From the IMG/VR virus record IMGVR_UViG_3300026484_000600: a DNA stretch of 64,000 nucleotides, one strand, 5' to 3'. The DNA is from a virus. Lineage: Duplodnaviria; Heunggongvirae; Uroviricota; Caudoviricetes. Positions 58,042-64,000 of this stretch are shown in pieces (within the stretch, counting starts at the first letter, position 1; each line of letters begins with the position of its first letter). The notes beneath the pieces are model-generated. The model was not told where the DNA came from. It saw only the letters and a program-made list of their open reading frames with translations, and searched no databases. The translations under genes were made by a program, and so were the position numbers.

Positions 58042-59352
58042 TTAAAATAAAATATTTGAGAAATCATTATCCTTCTCAAATATTTCTAATTTTATATTTT
58101 GTGTTTTATTTACATAATCTTGCCATTCATAGAAATCATCTATATCATCTATTTTTTCTAATTGACTGAATAATTCTAAATCCTTACCTTTAAATATATC
58201 TGATAATTCTATATTGTCCTCTAAAAAATCTTCAAGAACCATAGCATACTTATACACATTATAAAAAATAAAATACTGTTCCTGTGTTAAATATTTTAAT
58301 GATTCATTAATATCATCAGTTTCATCATGACGAGCTTTTGCACTTTTGATACCTCTACTATTCCATTGAGAGTTTTCTAATAAATCTTCCCAATCTTTAA
58401 AATTACAATTGGGTGCATCTTTCCAGAATTCATATAATTCTTTATAGTACTCTTCAACTTCTTTAGTTCTTTCTTTCCCCAATTCATATTTTCTATTATT
58501 GATTAAATCGTTAGTCGATTTTATAACATTGCCCATTACATATGTCATAGATATTGAGGAACTATCGAATGAAAGTATCTTCATATCTTTTATTAATCCA
58601 CTTTTAAGTATCATTATCATAGGTATTATTCTTTTATAACCACTCATACCAAGCATATGATAATGATTTAAAAATTGTTTTTTGAGTAATGGATTTGTAT
58701 ATATATCTATTGCTCTTTGTGCCGTTCCCCATATTGATGAACTTTGAAATCCTGCAGCCAACATATCAAATTCATTCCATATATTTTTACAACTTGTCAT
58801 TAAACCTTGAGTAAATAGATCTGTATCTTTGTATCCCCAGCCTTGAATAATTGGTACAATTTTTGTATTAGATTCAGCCTCTTTAAAAAAATTATATTGT
58901 TCAAGTAAATTCTCTCCAGAAATAATACCACACTTATATACTGTCTCAGGCTTATAATATTTTTTCTTATCTATGAAAATACCAGGAATTTCATCAAAAC
59001 TCATAGCATGGCTTGCATATTTTATTTGTGTATCATAAATTTTTTTTCTTTGTGATTCATCAACTGTATGTCCTAGTGTCATCATTTGTAATCCACCACT
59101 ATCAGCATAGAGGTTACTACCAATAATAGATTTCATACCTGTAAATCTATTAGATGCATTTCTAGCACAATCTTCCTCTGTATATGCATTAAATAAAGCA
59201 CTTACAGATACATTATCTTTAAGTTTTGATCTCATATATGCTATTGATGTTTGTACTGATTGTGCTGTTGCTTTATACATCTCACCTTGTTGTCTACACA
59301 TTTTCATATAATGAGGAAAAGCTGAAAAAACGAATTCTAAATTTGTCGTCAT
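58042..59352 (-). CDS. tRNA-guanine transglycosylase (TGT/DpdA)-superfamily protein, paralogue A
   Basis: YADSGGLQMM matches the TGT substrate motif TDSGGFQVF. AMSFDEIP matches IFDECT. HMLGMSGYKRII matches YLMGVGKPEDLV. No CxCxxC...H zinc motif visible. Confidence 0.5.
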   Translation of the reverse strand: MTTNLEFVFSAFPHYMKMCRQQGEMYKATAQSVQTSIAYMRSKLKDNVSVSALFNAYTEEDCARNASNRFTGMKSIIGSNLYADSGGLQMMTLGHTVDESQRKKIYDTQIKYASHAMSFDEIPGIFIDKKKYYKPETVYKCGIISGENLLEQYNFFKEAESNTKIVPIIQGWGYKDTDLFTQGLMTSCKNIWNEFDMLAAGFQSSSIWGTAQRAIDIYTNPLLKKQFLNHYHMLGMSGYKRIIPMIMILKSGLIKDMKILSFDSSSISMTYVMGNVIKSTNDLINNRKYELGKERTKEVEEYYKELYEFWKDAPNCNFKDWEDLLENSQWNSRGIKSAKARHDETDDINESLKYLTQEQYFIFYNVYKYAMVLEDFLEDNIELSDIFKGKDLELFSQLEKIDDIDDFYEWQDYVNKTQNIKLEIFEKDNDFSNILF

Positions 59353-59364
59353 ATTATATCCTAA

Positions 59365-60696
59365 TTAAAATAAAACATTAGCCACTTTATTAATATCAAA
59401 AGGTGATTCGTTAATAGTGGTGCTATTCTGAACTTTATAATTTGATGCAGCATAATTTTCCCAATCATATAATTCATCAAGAGTATATACGTTTTGTAAC
59501 GGTTGAAAAATTTTTAGAGTTTTTTTACTGTGTAGAATTTGCTCCATAGTAAGTTCATCAGTCATAAACTTATTTAAAACTTCAAAATATTTGTACATAT
59601 TTAAAAAAATATAATTTTGAATAATATTAACATTTTTTTTATAAGCTTCTACATCTCGTTCAGCTAGTTGTCTATTCGGTGTATTAATTTTATCTTTATC
59701 CCAAGATGAATATTTAAAATAATCATCAAATGTATCAATATTGTATGTAGGTGCATCCTTCCAAAAGTCATCTAATTCTTTAAAAAAGTCTTCCGTCATT
59801 TTATTGCGTTTTAAACCTAATTTATCATCTTGCATACCATTAATACACCAATCAACACTTTTTTGAAGATTTCCAAAAGCGTACGTTTTTGCATGGTAAC
59901 TACTATCAAATGAAATTTTTTCTGTATGCTTAAATAAACCATTTTTAACCAATTGAAGAATCGGAATCATTCTATCAAAACCCGTTACTCCAAGTAAGTG
60001 AATATGTTTTTTAAACTTGTTATCAATATTTTTCATAGATAAAAATGTACTAGTAGATTGTAATAAACCAAAACCATTTCCATGAGCATTACCCATAGCA
60101 AAAGCTTCAATATATTTTAAATCCTCTTTGGATATTTGGGATAACATGGCATTCGTAAACTCAGTTATTTGTTTTCTTCCTCTACCTTGAACAATAGGTA
60201 ATGCTTTTGTATGAGATTCACTATTCTTTATAACTTTCAACAGAGTATTTAAATTCTGACCTGTTTTTTCACCATATGGTTTTACCCATTCATTTACAAA
60301 AACTCTTGTATCATCGATATTATAAGATGGTATTTCATCAAAGATAAATGCAAAGTCTGCATATTTTGCTTGATTTTGCATTATATTTTTTTTAATCTCT
60401 TCAGTAATATTTAAATTTTGTTTCATCATCTGAAGACCACCACTATCAGCATAGACATGTTTGTGCCCACAACTTGGATCACTTAATCCACAATCTAAAA
60501 TACGTTCATACTGTTCAGGTTCATAAAATGCATTATAAAGTCCAGAAAATTCAAAAATATTATTTTCTAATTTACTCATCATATATTTTAAATTTGCAGT
60601 ATAATTTTCAGAAGCCCATTTTAATAATTCTGGGTCTTTTGAATTTAGGAAGTTAAAATTCATCCAAGCACTAGCAACATATTCTAATGTAATCAC
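59365..60696 (-). CDS. TGT/DpdA-superfamily protein, paralogue B (GTG start)
   Basis: Same motifs as its neighbour (YADSGGLQMM, FIFDEIP, HLLGVTGFDRMI), with about 30% identity by eye across the length. The ORF begins with GTG, which overlaps the stop of the upstream small ORF. Confidence 0.5.
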   Translation of the reverse strand: MITLEYVASAWMNFNFLNSKDPELLKWASENYTANLKYMMSKLENNIFEFSGLYNAFYEPEQYERILDCGLSDPSCGHKHVYADSGGLQMMKQNLNITEEIKKNIMQNQAKYADFAFIFDEIPSYNIDDTRVFVNEWVKPYGEKTGQNLNTLLKVIKNSESHTKALPIVQGRGRKQITEFTNAMLSQISKEDLKYIEAFAMGNAHGNGFGLLQSTSTFLSMKNIDNKFKKHIHLLGVTGFDRMIPILQLVKNGLFKHTEKISFDSSYHAKTYAFGNLQKSVDWCINGMQDDKLGLKRNKMTEDFFKELDDFWKDAPTYNIDTFDDYFKYSSWDKDKINTPNRQLAERDVEAYKKNVNIIQNYIFLNMYKYFEVLNKFMTDELTMEQILHSKKTLKIFQPLQNVYTLDELYDWENYAASNYKVQNSTTINESPFDINKVANVLF

Positions 60697-60857
60697 TCTT
60701 GCATCCCTTTTATTAGTAGTGCGATTTCAGAATTTAAACTAGAACTCAAATTAAAGAAAAAAGCAGCTTCATTATATTTTTCTTCTTGCAGTAAGCTTAC
60801 AGCTTTATTTGTAAAGTGCTGGATTTTTTCTAATAATTCTCGAATTTTATAATCCAT
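60693..60857 (-). CDS. Small hypothetical protein (54 aa)
   Basis: Unlisted ORF MDYKIRELLEKIQ.... It lies downstream of an extended -10-like motif, and its stop overlaps the GTG start of TGT paralogue B. Confidence 0.35.
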   Translation of the reverse strand: MDYKIRELLEKIQHFTNKAVSLLQEEKYNEAAFFFNLSSSLNSEIALLIKGMQE

Positions 60858-60905
60858 ATTATTCCTTTTTTATTATATTATACAAAATCAAATTATATTA
60901 ATTTA

Positions 60906-61853
60906 TTAACTTTCTAACCATTTTGAATCATGAGTGATTCTAGTATCATAAATGCTAAATTCTATTACTTCTTTTTCTAATTCAAAATTATCTGTAATTA
61001 GGCATTTTTTAATCCATTTCAAACTATCTTCAAAATCTTCAAACACCTGATCATAACTACGATAAGTCATCATAATTGTAAAGCTACCATCATCAAAAAC
61101 TTTAAATTTATTTTTAGATAAATGACAATTTGTATTTTTTGCAATAGTTGAAAGTAAAGGTAACTTTTCATCAGTACAAGCTACATTTAGGTGACATTCA
61201 AAGTAACACCCTTCAGGCATTTTAGTATCACCATCGGCTTTAAAAGGTGCTTTAGCGTGCCAATAACTAGCTTCAATCTTTTCTCTAATTACATTATAAC
61301 CATGCTGAGTTAATTCATTTGAAATCCTTTTCATCTCTTCAAATGCTTCACCATTGTTTCCTACAATTTTAGATGAAGTCATCACATCATCCATAACAGG
61401 TTTACCAGATTTATCTTGTAGATCGAGAATAATAGGTTTAACTCCAATATCTTTGCAATCTTGTTTGTATTTTTCTACATCAATACCATTTTCTGCATTA
61501 ACTGTAATATGGATTTCATAAGGCATTAAATCACTTTTTGCCAATGCTCTATCTTCTTTAACTTGTAACCCATTCCATACTTGAGCTTTCTTTAAAACCA
61601 TATCATTAAATTCTTCATCAGTAAATCCAGCACTATATAGAATACTTTGATTTACAAGAAAAACATCGGCGCATTCTTCAAGAATCTTTTGTTTATTAAT
61701 AACTCTATGATTAGTAGCATATGCACCTTCAAAAGGTAATACAACTTTAGCAAGTTCCCCACCTTCTTCAAATAGTTTTGTGACTTTTTGAATTAGTGTT
61801 TTTTTATCATTGATTGATAATTTTTTAATATAATTTAATAATTTTTCAGTCAT
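60906..61853 (-). CDS. Protein with an N-terminal MazG-like nucleotide pyrophosphohydrolase domain
   Basis: EEGGELAKVV ... EECADVFLV, the two EExxE/D helices of the MazG/HisE family. 315 aa. Confidence 0.45.
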   Translation of the reverse strand: MTEKLLNYIKKLSINDKKTLIQKVTKLFEEGGELAKVVLPFEGAYATNHRVINKQKILEECADVFLVNQSILYSAGFTDEEFNDMVLKKAQVWNGLQVKEDRALAKSDLMPYEIHITVNAENGIDVEKYKQDCKDIGVKPIILDLQDKSGKPVMDDVMTSSKIVGNNGEAFEEMKRISNELTQHGYNVIREKIEASYWHAKAPFKADGDTKMPEGCYFECHLNVACTDEKLPLLSTIAKNTNCHLSKNKFKVFDDGSFTIMMTYRSYDQVFEDFEDSLKWIKKCLITDNFELEKEVIEFSIYDTRITHDSKWLES

Positions 61854-62367
61854 TGTTATCCTCCCAATCTAAATTTAATTCTTCTTCATATTCTCTTGTT
61901 AAATAAATTTCTTTTGGTAATAATGATTTGAACTTCTCATTAATTGCTTGTTTTCTATCTTTTTCATTATTCATATAATCTTCTAAATCATAACTCAATG
62001 TAATGTGTGGTATGTATTCAGGAAAATCATAAGTTGCACCGTGTTCTTTCATTAATTCTTTGTGTCTTTTAACTAAATCAGGTGAATTCAATTTAAGAAC
62101 AAGAATATCTTTACCATCTTGTCCATTAAAAATATGAAATTCCGTTGGATAAGACCAAATATCTAAACTATCAGCAGGTTTATAATTTGGTAAAACTTTT
62201 CTGCTATATAGGAGAGTGATATGAATATCGTTTCGTGGAATAGGATTTGGGATTCCCATTTCTTTTACTATGGAGATGATTCTATCTTCATCATCTTGAC
62301 TCAATAGAACACCGGCATAAGTACCCTTAGCTTCTTTTTCTTCATTAATTAATTTTTTTAATTTCAT
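61846..62367 (-). CDS. 2H phosphoesterase superfamily protein (LigT-like 2',3'-cyclic phosphodiesterase / 2'-5' RNA ligase)
   Basis: Two HxT/Sx motifs (DIHITLLYS and IPHITLSYD) about 85 aa apart. 173 aa. Confidence 0.6.
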   Translation of the reverse strand: MKLKKLINEEKEAKGTYAGVLLSQDDEDRIISIVKEMGIPNPIPRNDIHITLLYSRKVLPNYKPADSLDIWSYPTEFHIFNGQDGKDILVLKLNSPDLVKRHKELMKEHGATYDFPEYIPHITLSYDLEDYMNNEKDRKQAINEKFKSLLPKEIYLTREYEEELNLDWEDNND

Positions 62368-62369
62368 TC

Positions 62370-62807
62370 TTATACATCCTTAACAAATTTAATAATTTTT
62401 TTAACTGTATTTGGGTTTAGTGATCCTCTACCTTTTTTCATCACTTCTCTCATTATCTCTGTACCATTTAAAGTTCGAACCTCCTTATTATTTTTTGAAG
62501 CTTCTTCAATAGCTTCAACCATAAATCCCAAAACATTATACACTAAATGTATCTCTGATTCTGGAAATGTACCTTTATGCTCAAAAAATATTGAAGATAA
62601 TTCATCAGATTTCTCTTGTAGTGTCGGAGCTTTAATTGTATTAATTTTTTCATCTGTACATTTAACAGAAATTTCTTTATAATCATGACTAAAGGCATGA
62701 TCGATCTTTGTTCCACAATCATAAACTATTGTATAAGCATGAGTTCCAGGCTGCGGTTGTTTTTCATCAGGTAACACTCTACCTTTATTACAAATTGGGC
62801 ATATCAT
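62370..62807 (-). CDS. Hypothetical protein with an N-terminal CxxC zinc-binding motif
   Basis: MICPICNKGRV...YDCGTKIDHAFSHD. Confidence 0.4.
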   Translation of the reverse strand: MICPICNKGRVLPDEKQPQPGTHAYTIVYDCGTKIDHAFSHDYKEISVKCTDEKINTIKAPTLQEKSDELSSIFFEHKGTFPESEIHLVYNVLGFMVEAIEEASKNNKEVRTLNGTEIMREVMKKGRGSLNPNTVKKIIKFVKDV

Positions 62808-63205
62808 TAATTACTTCCTTCAAAATTAAAATAATTTTCATCATTTAGAACCCTATTAGTGGCTTCTACGTCAAAAAGATCAAAAGTCAAATTGATAGTT
62901 TCTATCTCACTATCATATTCATACCCGTAATCTGTCCAAGATTTATTAGAGTGTAATTTGAATTCCCATAATACACCATACACTTCATTTTCTTTAGGAT
63001 TGATTGCCCAGTCAAAATCTTTTAAATCGTATTCAAGGCGAATATCAAAATCAGATTGAGATAAGAATTCCCCATTCTTTTCTAGGTAATTAAAAAAGAA
63101 TTCTTCTTGCAGAACTTCAAAATTTAATTCATTATCTGTAAAGTGAATAATCCCTTTTATAAACATAGATTTTGGTACTATATTTGTCGATAGTTTTTCA
63201 AACAT
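62807..63205 (-). CDS. Hypothetical protein
   Basis: 132-aa ORF. Confidence 0.4.
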   Translation of the reverse strand: MFEKLSTNIVPKSMFIKGIIHFTDNELNFEVLQEEFFFNYLEKNGEFLSQSDFDIRLEYDLKDFDWAINPKENEVYGVLWEFKLHSNKSWTDYGYEYDSEIETINLTFDLFDVEATNRVLNDENYFNFEGSN

Positions 63206-63626
63206 TATTAGCCTTTTTTAAATCTCCTGCGGTAATTTCTTTTTTTTCACCTGTATTAGAATCATATTGGATAATAATAGTATCATCGTAGTCATCCATA
63301 TTTACATTACAACTTTTTACTTGGTCAAATAATAAACTTATAGGAAAATGAGTTTTTTTCCCTGAAATAGGATCTATTTCATGATCAAATACATCATTTA
63401 CTTGTGTACCTACTAGATCTGGATTTTTAGCATAAACAATTTTTGCCTCAGAGCGCTCATTATAATCCCAATCAGATTCGTGTAAGTAATGACAATAACC
63501 ATCTTCTTGTGGAGGGTATTCGCCACTTTTTAATTCCCAAAATGGGCAGTTTGCATCGTTATAATAACAATAATCACCGTGTGGAATATATTTTTCTGGA
63601 GTTTCAAGCATTTCAATTATGGTCAT
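63198..63626 (-). CDS. Hypothetical Cys/His-containing protein (start moved to the ATG with an RBS)
   Basis: The listed ORF starts at TTG (63653). An ATG at 63624-63626 with AAAGGA spaced 6 nt upstream is the more likely start (MTIIEMLETPEKY...). Confidence 0.4.
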   Translation of the reverse strand: MTIIEMLETPEKYIPHGDYCYYNDANCPFWELKSGEYPPQEDGYCHYLHESDWDYNERSEAKIVYAKNPDLVGTQVNDVFDHEIDPISGKKTHFPISLLFDQVKSCNVNMDDYDDTIIIQYDSNTGEKKEITAGDLKKANNV

Positions 63627-63635
63627 TAATAATCC

Positions 63636-63653
63636 TTTTATAATATTATACAA
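63636..63653 (-). promoter_or_regulatory. Extended -10 promoter-like motif (minus strand TTGTATAATATTATA)
   Basis: TGTATAAT lies about 12 nt upstream of the RBS of the 63198-63626 gene, between groEL and that gene. Confidence 0.35.
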
Positions 63654-63680
63654 AAAGGATTATTAAATGAAAATTAATTA

Positions 63681-64000
63681 TTAGCCATGTACAGCTGTTG
63701 CTTGATTTTGTTTCATTAAGATAGTTTTTGATGTTAGTAATAATGTAGCAACCGATGCTGCATTTTTAAGAGCAGATTTAGTTACTTTTACTGGGTCAAT
63801 AATACCCATCTCAAAAAGATTACCATACTCTTCGGTTGCTGCATTGAAACCATATCCTTCTATATTAGTATTTCTAATAACAGTTTCGGAAACAAAATCT
63901 CCACTTCCTCCACCATTTTCAACAATTAATTTAAGCGGTTGTTTGATGGCTTCTAAAATAATTTGGACTCCAGCTGCTTCATCAGAATTAGCAATGTTTA
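63681..64000 (-). CDS. groEL: Chaperonin GroEL (Hsp60), C-terminal part; the gene continues beyond the window end
   Basis: The minus-strand translation ...[42 protein letters not shown]... matches the E. coli GroEL C-terminal equatorial domain ([41 protein letters not shown]). Confidence 0.8.
   Translation of the reverse strand, partial: [105 protein letters not shown]

Noticed and set aside
1-64000. CRISPR arrays or stand-alone tRNA clusters
   Set aside because: No regularly spaced direct repeats were seen. The only tRNA-like structure is the tmRNA terminus. The other intergenic regions are short AT-rich promoter or terminator spacers.

Overview
This window is AT-rich, almost entirely coding, mostly minus strand and full of small genes of unknown function. 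It reads as part of a large T4-like myovirus (jumbo-type) genome from an AT-rich host.

T4-like core genes I can support by direct motif or alignment-by-eye evidence:
- gp31/GroES-like co-chaperonin
- RnlA (T4 RNA ligase 1 family)
- gp41/DnaB-like replicative helicase
- UvsW-like SF2 helicase
- gp49 endonuclease VII
- gp52 topoisomerase II medium subunit
- a sigma-70 family sigma factor
- a PhoH-like ATPase
- a lytic transglycosylase

The striking feature is the density of RNA-repair and translation-maintenance functions:
- A complete trans-translation pair. The tmRNA gene is at 4335-4715, with the tag ANTKLYIPQTARVAA, a G3:U70 acceptor pair and a CCA end. SmpB is at 23006-23455.
- A Ro60/TROVE+vWA orthologue sits next to the tmRNA.
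- tRNA-repair enzymes: T4-type RnlA, a bacterial-type trifunctional Pnkp (kinase-phosphatase-ligase), a Hen1-like methyltransferase, a Thg1-like tRNA 3'-5' polymerase and a LigT-like 2H phosphoesterase.
- Two HAD phosphatases and two Nudix hydrolases.
- A truncated RlmN/Cfr-family radical SAM enzyme and a U32-family (RlhA/TrhP-like) protein.
- Two paralogous TGT/DpdA-like transglycosylases.

Other notable content:
- An NAD module (PncA nicotinamidase plus NadE).
- A second-messenger cluster: a GGDEF-EAL membrane protein, an SPFH protein and an RSH-type (p)ppGpp hydrolase.
- The GroEL C-terminus at the 3' window edge, with GroES at the 5' end.
- Two split inteins. The UvsW-like helicase is broken inside its Walker A (GAGK|T) by an atypically split intein. 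The N-extein with a 28-aa IntN is at 23942-24490 (minus). The 140-aa IntC plus C-extein is at 41995-43404 (plus). The gp41/DnaB gene ends in a 96-aa IntN, and no C-extein is visible in the window. A free-standing homing-endonuclease-like gene abuts it.

I found no CRISPR arrays or rRNA.
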